DNA from: Pelagomonas calceolata
Lineage: Eukaryota
NCBI GenBank assembly: GCA_918797485.1
Contig: CAKKNE010000005.1
Location: 5,022,001 to 5,086,000, forward strand
Direction of reading: 5' to 3'
DNA length: 64,000 bases
This document shows, one piece after another, positions 50,461 through 61,100 of this stretch (the stretch's first letter is position 1; every line of letters begins with the position of its first letter). The position numbers and the translations under genes are program-made. A model generated the notes under the pieces. It was not told the origin of the DNA and ran no database searches. It saw only the letters and a program-made list of their open reading frames with translations.

Positions 50461-52266
50461 TCAGCCCGAGAACGTGACCGCGTTCACTGCCGCATCCCAC
50501 TCCATCTTCGACACCGTGTCTCCCGCGTGAAGGTCATGCCTTCGCATCAGTCGCTTGACGACCGCTCTCAACACTCTCTTGTAGACGGTACCGTCTTCTT
50601 GCTTGCCGAGCACATCCCAAGGGTGACGGGGCGGTTCCTCGTCGCCATTGGCCATTGCGCGCAGACGGGCGTCGTGAGCCTTCCTGATGAGCGGGCCCTC
50701 GACCGCGTCGATCGACCGGATCATCTCCGCGAACTCGTCGCGGTCCAAAATACCGTTGCCGTCCGCGTCCGCCCACGTGTAGAGCTGCTCGGCTCGCTGC
50801 ACGACGACAGCAGTATCGTAGGTAATAGGCCGCCCGCTCCTCCGTCGGTTGATGCCGCAGCGTTCCCACCTGTGTGGAAATCAAAATTTTACGGCGCGTT
50901 CGTGCTGAATCTTCGCGTTGACCTCCACGCCATCGATGCGACGCCTGCTCGATGGCGTGGCGGTCAACGGAGCCAGCGCGGCCGCATCATCGCCGAGAAA
51001 TGACTTAGTGAAGGATTTCCACACAGACGTCCACCAAGTCGCGCCGAGGCAACTCAGCATATTGGACGCAATGGCAAAACCACCGAGGATCGAGGCGAAA
51101 CACGTGAACGCCGTCTTTGCAACCAACATTTCCTCCGGGTCGCCGAGCGTTAAATGTCCCTTCATGTACGTCATCAGGCAGCCGATGATCGCTAGAGTTC
51201 CGGTCTGAAAACAGAAGTTCACAACCTTCTCTTGGAGGAGGCAGCGCCGCTCGTACCACTCAAACAGGCTCCAGGCAAACGTCGCTTCGCCGCCGTCCGA
51301 CGTCCCGCGCCGCGACGTCTCGATAACGCATTGCTGCCGTAGCGCATCATCTAGCCTCCGCTCTGCCTCCTCGACTTCCTTAGAGTCCAAAGAATTCTCG
51401 TGCATACCCAATAACAGCACGGAGTAGCGTTTCATGTTCCGCTTGATCACGGCTTGCCCTTTTAATCTCACGTCCATGAACTCTGAGAATAGTCGTGTAA
51501 TACACAAACAGCCCGAAATAACACATAGATGCAGCCCGAACGCGGACGCGAGCAAAGAATAGTGGAGCGTCACGAGTTTCAGGCAATTCGGGTGGTCGCT
51601 CCGCGGGGTGGGAAAGGCGCAGTCGTTTCGAGCCTCACGCGGCAAATCGCCCTCGACGGCGAGCGCAAATGCCCCCGCGAAGAGGAGGCCAGATACGGTC
51701 ATCAGAGTTTGGAAGCGCTCAGTTCTTTGCTCCCACAAATCGCGGTCCGCCTCTTTATCGGCTTCCAGTAAATCCGTTAAAATTGTTTTCAGATGCAATA
51801 CCTTGTCGACGTGTATACTCCTCCGGTGCAATTCCTGGTCGGCGCGCAAGGAATCGCGATGGAGCAATCGATCTTGATTGATGGCGTCGCGCTGGAGAGA
51901 AGCCGTGAGTTGCTGCGTCTGTTTATGCCTCTCATTCTCACCCTGCCGCTCGGTGAACGCCGCGAGCGAGGCGGCCGTCGCGGCGGCGATCGTGGTATCA
52001 CCAGACGACGCGACGAAGCCTGCAGCCGCGCCGACCGCGCTCGCGACGAGGCCGGCGGAGCGCCGCAGCGGCGTCACCTCGACCAGTTCCGCTTCGCGTG
52101 CCCGCGTCGAGGCCTGGAATCTACGTAGCGCAGCAAGTGCTCGGACGTCTTTGGCGTGTGTTTTTCGCCATTTTATGCCGCGCGTCCACCGCTGTAACGT
52201 CACCGCTGCGGCGGCGCGCCGGTCGAGCTCCTCCTCTGGCGTCGGCTCTCTTCGCCAGAGCTTCAT
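50461..52266 (-). CDS. IQ motif + Orai-like four-TM domain + C-terminal EF-hand protein; intron 50870-51034; 546 aa
   Basis: AAVTLQRWTRGIKWRK; TLMTVSGLLFAGAFALAVEGDLP; DADGNGILDRDE; splicing joins GATW|WERCG. Confidence 0.7.
50870..51026 (-). mobile_element. Introner-type TIR element, 157 bp, internally deleted, diverged TSD
   Basis: TIR CTGTGTGGAAATC...GATTTCCACACAG; flanks GTTCCCAC and ACGTCCAC match at 4/8 positions. Confidence 0.9.
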
Positions 52267-52789
52267 TTTATGCGAGGCCGCGCGCACGAAAAAATGTTAC
52301 AGTGCAGCAGCAGGGCTTTTGTTTGCAGCAATGAGCAGCTAAGAAACGGTTTCACGCGAGCAGGATTGCAGATCAAGTGGTGTTGCACAAGACGCCTTGC
52401 AAAATCAGCATTGCGCGTGAGCCGTGATGCAGCGGATCTCTGAGAGTGATGCGTCTACAGGTCTTTTTTTTTGCGCTGAGCAAAAACCCGACACAGTACG
52501 CATCCCTGATGCAGCCTGGTCGTACAAGCATGCATCATACAATCATTAGGCAGACGAGTAGCTTCCATTTCGTGCGGGTGCCGAGCGCGAGCCCTGCCAT
52601 TGCAGGCGCGACGCGCGACGGGCTTGGAAACCGGGCGCCGGGCAGCGGGCAGCGTACGCGTCTGCAAATTGTTGCAATAAAAGGGGCTGCCGCGCCGCCG
52701 GGCATTGTACGCGTGTGTTGCGGCAGCGGCGGCGTGGGCCGAACACCTCAATCTCCTCGTACTGCCGGCCGCGCTAAAGCGGCGAAGCG

Positions 52790-53212
52790 ATGGCGGAGTT
52801 ACCAGCAAAGCGCCGCTTGGAGGACCCCGCGAAGAAGTCGGTAGCGCAGATCAGCAAGACTCGTCAGTTGGAGAAGATGAAGGACCTGGAAAGTCGCGTC
52901 GCCTCGCTCAGCCGAGCACGTGACGTCTTGCTAGTAAAGAATCGGATGACCAAGCAGCTCCTCGCGGTAAAAGCGCGTACGTTGCAACAGGGCAACCAGG
53001 TCACGGCCTACCTGCGATTGGAAAACGCGAAGCTCGCAACGGCGCTCGAGGACCTTAAAAAATTAGAGGGCCCTCCGGACGCCGCCGAGCTTTATAGAGC
53101 AACTTCACTCTTGGGCCCGTCGTTCGCCGTCCACGATCATCTCGCAGACGTCTCCGCTATTTTCAAGGACGCGTCGGACCGGTTTCACGGCGACCGGTGC
53201 GAGGACATCTGA
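52790..53212 (+). CDS. Small coiled-coil hypothetical protein
   Basis: 140-aa ATG ORF with heptad-like character. Confidence 0.55.
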   Translation: MAELPAKRRLEDPAKKSVAQISKTRQLEKMKDLESRVASLSRARDVLLVKNRMTKQLLAVKARTLQQGNQVTAYLRLENAKLATALEDLKKLEGPPDAAELYRATSLLGPSFAVHDHLADVSAIFKDASDRFHGDRCEDI

Positions 53213-53249
53213 CCATAGACAATAATAACATGTACATACAAGTTACCAG

Positions 53250-54893
53250 CTAGTAGTCCTCCGCCAGCGCCTCCTTCCGCTCCTTCTCCAGCTGCTCCAT
53301 CGCGCGCTCCGTCGGCGTCTTCCGCATCGGCGCCATGAAGTAGCACGGCGTCGCCTCTAACCGCTTGATCTCGGCCACCATGGCCGCGTCGGCGGCGTCG
53401 GCGGCGTAGAGCGCGCCCGAGCCCTCTTGGGGGGGCAGCGGCGGCGGCAGCGGCCGGTCGTCGCCGGGCGCTCGATGAAACGCCTCACAAAAACACACCT
53501 CGCAGAGGCCTGCCGCGACGCGCGCGGACGCCGAGCACTTGACGCACGCGACGTCCGGCACGGACGGCGCGTCGGCGAGCGACGGCATGCGCGAGAGCTC
53601 GAAGTGCGGGTCCATCAATACGAGTTGCGCGAAGCGCGCGCCGTCGGCGACGTCGTCCTCATCTAAGGAATTCTCGACCAGGCTCGTCTCCGCGCGCACG
53701 GACCAGTCCGGGCCCACCGTACTTCCTAAATTGACTGCGCCGTGCGACCAGTCGCTCGACGCGCGCACCACGTCCTCCAGTAAAGCTTCGGCCTCGCACT
53801 GCATGGCGCTCGTCGCGGCTTCTGACCTTAGTAAAGCCACCGCGAGGTTCCGCGCCAGCGCGACCGTGAGATAGTCGTCGTCGCCCCGATGTCTCTTACA
53901 TAACGAGTGCTGCTCCCGCAGGAAGGCCACGGCCGTCTCGCATTTCGTGGGAGGCGGCGCCTCCGCGTTCGGATCCGGCGGCGCGCCCCACGGCGTCGCC
54001 GCCCACTCGCTCTTATGACGTTCCTTCATCTCCGCGTCGCGCTGCTTCAACTCGAGCTCGAGCTTCTGCATCACGAGGACCGACGTCCGCGCGGCGAAGC
54101 GCTCCTCGACGGCCTTCTTGGCGAACTCTTCGAGCTCCTGGGCGTGGCGCTCCCGCATGTCTCGTTCCAGCACCGCGCGGCCCCATTTCGTGACGATCAG
54201 TTCGTCCCAGTGCTTCTTCCTCAGTTCCTTCTCCTCCTCGGCGACCTCGACCAGCACCTTCTCCATATGTATTCTACCCTTCTTCTTATCTATTAATTTC
54301 GTCTTCCTTGCACTTGTTCTTTTCGCCTCGGCCCTTTCCTCGAACTCGCGCCACTCATCAGCATGCTTCGCCTCGAGCGCCGCCTTGGCCTCGGCGCGCG
54401 CTTGCGCGTTCTTCGAGTCCTCATCCACGAGACAAGCGCCGTAATTCACGGCCGCCGAGAAGACCTCCCTATGGCGATCACCCTTCCTCCGCAACAAATC
54501 GACAAACACACTTAAAGCTTTCTTCGACGCCTGATTGAGATCATACGCCGCCTGGGCCGCGCGCCGCTTCCTCTTCGCTTCGACCTTGACCATTTTTTCG
54601 CGGTAGTGCCGCGCGTGGTCTTTTGCTCGGACGCGTAATCGAACGGCTTCGCCCCGATCAAGCGCCCGGATGCGCCCGGCGTTGCCCGGGTCGTACTCGG
54701 CAGGACCGGTCTTCGGCCTCCGGTGCCGCAACTCGTAGCGCACGTCGTTCAATGCGAATTTTAAGTGGCGCATCATGCCGCCGGCGCCGCCGGACAGCGG
54801 GCCCGTCGTCTTCACGTGCGCTAACGACGGCACGTCGTCGCGCTGCTCGACCGCGCGGGCCTGCTCGCGGATGTCCAACTCGTCGTCGGCCAT
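53250..54893 (-). CDS. Hypothetical coiled-coil/TPR-like protein with a C-terminal Cys cluster
   Basis: MADDELDIRE...; CVKC...LCEVCFCEAFH; segment RHRGDDDYLTVALARNLA resembles the 7320-7810 fragment. Confidence 0.65.
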   Translation of the reverse strand: MADDELDIREQARAVEQRDDVPSLAHVKTTGPLSGGAGGMMRHLKFALNDVRYELRHRRPKTGPAEYDPGNAGRIRALDRGEAVRLRVRAKDHARHYREKMVKVEAKRKRRAAQAAYDLNQASKKALSVFVDLLRRKGDRHREVFSAAVNYGACLVDEDSKNAQARAEAKAALEAKHADEWREFEERAEAKRTSARKTKLIDKKKGRIHMEKVLVEVAEEEKELRKKHWDELIVTKWGRAVLERDMRERHAQELEEFAKKAVEERFAARTSVLVMQKLELELKQRDAEMKERHKSEWAATPWGAPPDPNAEAPPPTKCETAVAFLREQHSLCKRHRGDDDYLTVALARNLAVALLRSEAATSAMQCEAEALLEDVVRASSDWSHGAVNLGSTVGPDWSVRAETSLVENSLDEDDVADGARFAQLVLMDPHFELSRMPSLADAPSVPDVACVKCSASARVAAGLCEVCFCEAFHRAPGDDRPLPPPLPPQEGSGALYAADAADAAMVAEIKRLEATPCYFMAPMRKTPTERAMEQLEKERKEALAEDY

Positions 54894-55131
54894 GGTGTCG
54901 GCGTCGGGTGCGCCTATGACACCTGGGGGCTGCCACAGCACGACAAAGCCTGGGTAAAAAGCAGGCAGGGCGGTGTAGGGCAACGCTGCGACGGCGTACA
55001 AGCCGTATAAAGTCAAGGGGCAGCGTCGGGCCGGCGCCAGGCAGCTTTTGCGGCCGGCCGCTGCAGCAATCTAGTATGTTTATACTGTCAAAAAAGCTCT
55101 TTTGCATCACAGTTGATATTGAAACCAAATC

Positions 55132-58100
55132 ATGGGGCCCCCACCGGGGGATCCAGGCTCCCCGGAGCCCCCACCGGCGCCCGGCCAGCGGCGCAGCCCG
55201 GCGCCGCCACCCATGCCAGCCCATGCTGTTCAAATGCAGCCCGAAAGCATACGTGCCCGTGAGCTGCGCGCCGCGCAAGCACAAAACAACGCCTCGGACG
55301 AGTCCGACGGCGCCCTGACGCCTCCGAAACCGCGGGTCCTCCCGCCCGTGCCGTCGCCGCGGTCCGCGCCGGCCGCGGACCGCCTCGCCGCGGAGAACGC
55401 GATGTTGAAAGCCGCGCTGGAGAATGCAAGGAAGACCATCCACGACGCGGCCGCGGAGCGCGACGACCTAAGAAAGCGGGCCACGGAAGAAATAAATGCC
55501 ATGCGAGCCTCGCTCGACGCCGAACGCGCGGAGCTGCGCGAGGCCTCCTACACGAAGGCCGCCCTGTTGCGCCGGTCCGAGCCGCACGCGGACCTGGCGG
55601 AAGCATTACAATCTCTAGAAGCGATGAAGGCCGGGGCCGCCGCGCGGGATGCAAGGGACGCGGCGGCCAAGAGCGCCCTCGCCGACGAGGTGAGCGCTTT
55701 GAAGGCTTCTGGAAGAGCCGCGGCGCGGCTCCAGGCCGACCTCGCGGCCGCCCACGCCGAGCTCGAGGCGGAACGCCAGGGGCGGGCCGCGCAGACCGGC
55801 GCGTTCCGCGCGCAGCTCGACGACATACGGGCCGCCAAGGAGGAGGCCTGCCGCGACGCCGTCGACTGGGCCGAGGAGTCATCCAGGTTCAAGGGCGAGG
55901 TCACGGCGTTGCTCACGAAGTGTCAGAAACTCGAGGAGGACAAGGCGGCAGCCATCGAATCGAATGGTGGATTGGAGGCCGACCTCGCCGCCGCGCGCCG
56001 CGAGACGGATGAGGTAACGGGGCGTTTAGATGGCGCCGTCGCGAGCCTGGCGCAGGCCAAGACGGAGCAGGAGCGGTTGTACGCCGAAACGTCGAGCCTG
56101 AAGCGCGACCTCGCGGCGACGAAGGCGGACCTGGTCCAATCAAAGGCCGACGCCGACGCGGCCCGGGACGCGCGCGACGCCGCGATCGCGGACGCGCGCG
56201 CCGCGGCCAGGCGCTTCTCCCAAGAACTCGCGGCGGCGCGGGCCTCGGGCGAGACGCAGGCCGCCGCCGACGCGCGGGCCGCGGCGGAGCTCCAGCGCGA
56301 CTTGGTTGCCGCGAAGGCCGCGCTCGACGTCGCGCGCACGCCGCCGGCGTCGCCGAACCCGCGCCTGTCCCAGCTCGAGGCCCACGCCGACGCCGCCGAC
56401 GAGGCGCGCGACGCGGCCCTCGCCGAATGTGTCCAGCTCCGCAAGAAGCTCTCTTCGTTGGAGGTGGACCGCGACGAATTACAAGCGGGCCGGGAGACGA
56501 TCAAAGGCAAGGCCGCGAACCTCCAGCGGCGCCTGACGGCCCTCGAGGCCGAGCTGGCGGCGGCGCAGGAAGCGCACGAGGCCCGGCTCTCATCATTAGC
56601 CGAGGAGCGCGACCGGCGCGTCGGCGACGAGCGCGACCGCGTCGCTTCTTTAAGGCGCGAGCTCGCCGGGTCTATAGCAGATCGCGACGACCTCCGCGCG
56701 TCCGTCGACGTCCTGAAGCGGCGAAGTGATACGCTCGAGAAGCAGCTGCGCGAGGAGCGCGCCGCGGCCGAAGTAGCATCGGACCAATTGAAGGAGGACC
56801 GCGAGCGGAGTTTGAGCGAGGAGCGCGCCGCCGGCGAGGCGACGGCCCAGAAACTGCGACGGGACCTCGACGCGAAGCAGGCCCAGCTCGACGAGGCCAA
56901 CGCTTTATTACTGAGCGGCCCCGCGCCGCGCGAGGCCGACGCGCCGGCCGTCGCCCGCCTCAAGGCCGAGCTCGCGACGGCGTCCGAGGCCCTGGACCGC
57001 ATGACCGTCGAGGCTGCCGACGCCGGCCACAGCGCCACGAACTTGAGGCGGGACGTCGAGAGCGAGCGCGACAAGCGCCGCAAGGCCGAGACCGAGGCGA
57101 ACGACCAGCGCCGCGCCGCCGAGGAGGCGCTCAGCCAAGCGGACGCAGTCAAACGAGACGCCGACGCGCGGATGGCCTCGGCGAAGCGCGAGGCCGACGC
57201 GCGGCTCGCGGCGGCCCAGCGCGAGGCCGAGCAGCGCCTCGCGGACGCCCGGCGCGGCGACGCCGAAGCGCTGGCGGACGCGAAACGCGACGCGGAAGCG
57301 AAGCGCCGTGACGCCGACGCGCTCCGGGCGTCGAACGCGGAACTGCAGCGCGTTGCCGACCGACTGCGGGAGGAGCTCTCGGAAATGGGGGAACTGCGGC
57401 GCGAGCTCGCCGCGGCGAGGACGCCACGCGACGACGCGCCGCCGCCGCCGCCGCCGCTCCGGAATCCGCAGGTCGCCGAGCTCCAGCGCGAGGTGGAGCG
57501 CCTCACCGAGGAGGCCGAGAGCCGGCGCGCGACGAGCTTCGTCGAGGCGACGCGGCTCCGGGACGAGGCCGACGCGGCGCGTGCCGTCGCCTCGGACCTG
57601 CGGGACGACCTCCGCGCGGCCGAGGGCCAGCGCGACGAGGCCGTCGACGCCGCGCGCAAGCTCGAGCGGACGGTCGCGCGGCTCAAGGGCGACGTCGACG
57701 CCGCGGCGGGCCGGCGCGACGCGGCGGACGCGCGCGCCTTGCACGAGGCCGCCGCCGCGCTCGACGCGGCCCGGCAGGCGCAGCGCGCCGCCGAGGGCGC
57801 GCGCGACGGCGCCGTCGCCGACGCGGCGCGGCTGCAGGCGGCGCTCGACGCGGCGCGGACCGAGTGGCACTCCCCGCGGCGGCACGGCACGCCCGAGGGC
57901 GCCGACGTCACCCGCCTCGAAGCGGAGCTCGCCGCGGCCCGCAAGGCCGAGGCCGCGACGGCGGCGCGTGTAAGGGACGAGTGCCGCGCGGAGGCGGCGC
58001 GGCTCGAGGCCGACCTCAAGGCCGCGTCGCAAAAGGCCGAGGCCGCGACGGCGGCGCGCGTGCGCGACGAGTGCCGCGCGGAGGCGGCGCGGCTCGAGGC

Positions 58101-61100
58101 CGACCTCAAGGCCGCGTCGCAAAAGGCCGAGGCCGCGACGGCGGCGCGTGTCAGGGACGAGTGCCGCGCCGAAGCCGTGCGGCTCGAGGCCGACCTGCGG
58201 GCCGACCGGAGCGAGCTCAACTCGGCGAAGACGTCGCTGGAACACGAGCTTGCGGCCATGACCCGCGAGCGCGACGTCGCGCTCGCCGCGTGCTCCGAGG
58301 CGAACGGCGAGCTGCGGGCGTTGAAACTGAAGCACGAGCTCGAGGCCGAGCTCGAGGCCGTGCGCACGCCGCCGCGGGACCACGCCGCGCGCGCCGACCG
58401 GGCCGAGCGCGAGAAGATGGAGGCGGAGGCGCGCGAGGCCGAGGTCCGCGCGGAGTTCGCTGCTTTACGTAGAAGACTCGACGCGGCCGAGGCGCGGGCG
58501 GCGTCGACGTCCGACAGCGAGGAAGTCCCGCGGTCACCGGCGGCGGCTCTAAATGAGGAGGTGTCCGAGGTGCTGCGTGAGGCCGACCGCAGCGTGCGGC
58601 AGAATATCAGGAGGGTGGAGACGTTCGAGAGCGGCGACGCGCCCCAGACGCCGCCGCGGTCGCGCGGCTTAAGAAGACGCGTCGCTGCTTTAGCGGAGGA
58701 GCGGGACGCGCTCCTGGCGAACGCCGAGAAGCGGATCAGTTCGCTGACGGAGCAGCTCGCGCGCGTGACGCAGGAGCGCGACGCTGCAAGACCCATCGTC
58801 GAGACGAGGGGCCGCGCCACACAAACCAAGGTCTACGGCCTCCAGCAGCGGCCGCGGAGCGCGCCGCCGTCGCCCCGAGGGTCCTCGGACGACGAGGACC
58901 GCGGCAAGTGGCGGAGAGCGGAAGATGAGTTGAAATCGTTAAGGAGGATGCTCGAGGACGCCGCGGCCTCGGAGGCGAGGGCCGTCGCGTCGCTGAAACG
59001 GGACCTGGCGGCGGCCCAGGCCGAGCTCGACGTGTTGCGGACGCCCCAGAAGAATCCCATGGAGCAGGCGTTGGCCGCGGAAAAAAGACGACGAGAGGTC
59101 CTCGAGGCCGAGCTTTCTGAGGTGCGGCAGGAGCTCGAGAAAGTAAGTGCCGGCGAGGCGCGGGCCGTCGCCACGCTGAAAAGGGACCTGGCGGCCACGA
59201 AGGCGTCCTTAGAAATACACAGCGAGCCGGCGGACACTTCAGTTGTGAAGCGGCTGCGGGACGCGCTGAACGAGGCCACTTCCGAATTGAATGAAGCACG
59301 GAGTTCCATGAAGTCGCAAAAGAAAACGGCGGACGAGCTCGAGGCATGCCGCAGGGCCCACGCCGCGGAGAAGCAAGCGGCGGAGGAACTGCGGCAGAAA
59401 ATTCACGAAGCGTCTCTCGTAAGAACGCCGCCTCAGACGCCGCCGCGCGAGCCGTCGTCGGACCACGCCGCGGCGGGCAGCACCGCGGGCCGCATGCGCG
59501 CCGCAGCTTTAAAGAGCCTGCGCACTGAGCTCGAGCACGCGCGGGCCGCGCTCGCGGAGATGCGCCTTCGCTCCGACCACACGGAGGAGTCCCACGTCAA
59601 GGCGCTGCAGCACGACCTGCGGCACGCGGCCGAGGAGTGCCAGGAACTCCACGACGAAGTGGCTAAAGAAAAGAAGCTCCGCGCGGAGAGCGAGGAGGCT
59701 TTGCGCATGGAGCAGAGCGTCTTCGCCGAGGCGGAGATGGCGCTGCGGGGCAAGATCTCCGAGAAGGCGGGCGCGCTCGAGGCCGAGCGCCGGCTGCGGG
59801 CCGAGGCCGAGGCGTCGCTCCAGGACATGGCGGCGGTGTCCGCGGCGCTCGGCGCCGAGCGCCGGCGGCGCGGCGAGCTCGAGGCCGCCCTCGCAGAATT
59901 ACAAAGGACGAGCTCCGAGAAGGAATCTTCATTAAGAGTGGACCTCACGACGGCCGCGGACGCGTTGGGTGCCCTGGACGAGGAACATAGAACTGAGGCG
60001 GCCGCGCTGCGAAGCAACCTGGAGGCGCAGCACGAGGTCGAGGCGAACCTGCGCGGCGAGCTGGCCCACGCGCAGGACGCCCTGCAGGCCGAGCGCGCGG
60101 CCTGGGCCGAGGTCGAGGCCGAGGTCGAGAATGAGAGAGAGCAGCGGACGCGGACCGAGGACGATCTAAGAGAAGAGCTCCGGGCGGTGGAGGCGGATCG
60201 GACTCGGACCGAGGACGACCTGCGCGCCGAGCTTCAATCAAAAGCGGAGGCCCTGGCCGCGGAGCAGGCGGCGCGGAACCGCACGGAGGCGGCGCTCGCC
60301 GAGGCCGTGCGGCCGCGGACCGGCGACGTCGAGCGCCTCGAGACGCACCTGGTCGACCTCGCGGCCGCGGCGACCGACGAGGTCGACGCGCACCGGAACG
60401 CGGCACAGCGGCGCGCGGCCGAGCTCCAGCGCGCCCGGAGCGACCACGAGGCCCAGGCTTCCAATGCGCAGCGGCGCATCGCCGCGCTCGAGCGCGAGCT
60501 GGCCGCGGCCCGCACGGCGCTCGAGGACGCGAACGCCGACGACGCGGCCGCCGCGCAGACGATCGAGACGCTCGAGCGCGAGCTCGCACATGTCAGTTCG
60601 GGAGCGACGGCCGCGGCGCGCGCCCACGAGCGCGCCCTGGGCGAGGCGCGCGACGAGGCGGCCGCGGAGGCGCGGACCGCGCAGCGCAAGGACGCGGAGC
60701 TCGCGCGCGCGAACGACGCGCTGCAGGCGGCCACGAACGACCGGGACGCGGCCGAGGCCACGATCCAAGGGCTGCGGCGCGATCTCGTGCGCCGCGGCGA
60801 CGCCCTGCGGGTCGCGGAGGAGGACCGGGACGCGACTATACAACAACTGCAGCGCGAGCTGGAGGCGACGAAGCGCGACGCGGCCAAGTGGAAGGACGAC
60901 GCCGACGCGCTGCGGACCGAGGCCTTCGTCGAGGCGACGCGCCTGCGGGACGAGACGCAGGACGCGCGGACTCGGGCGCGCGAGGCAGCGGCTGCGCAGG
61001 CCGAGCGGCTGACGGCCGCCGAGCGCGAGCGGGACGAGCTCCGGCGGAGCGCCGACGAGCGAGCGAAGCGGTTGACAGTCGTCGAGGGCGAGCGGGACGA

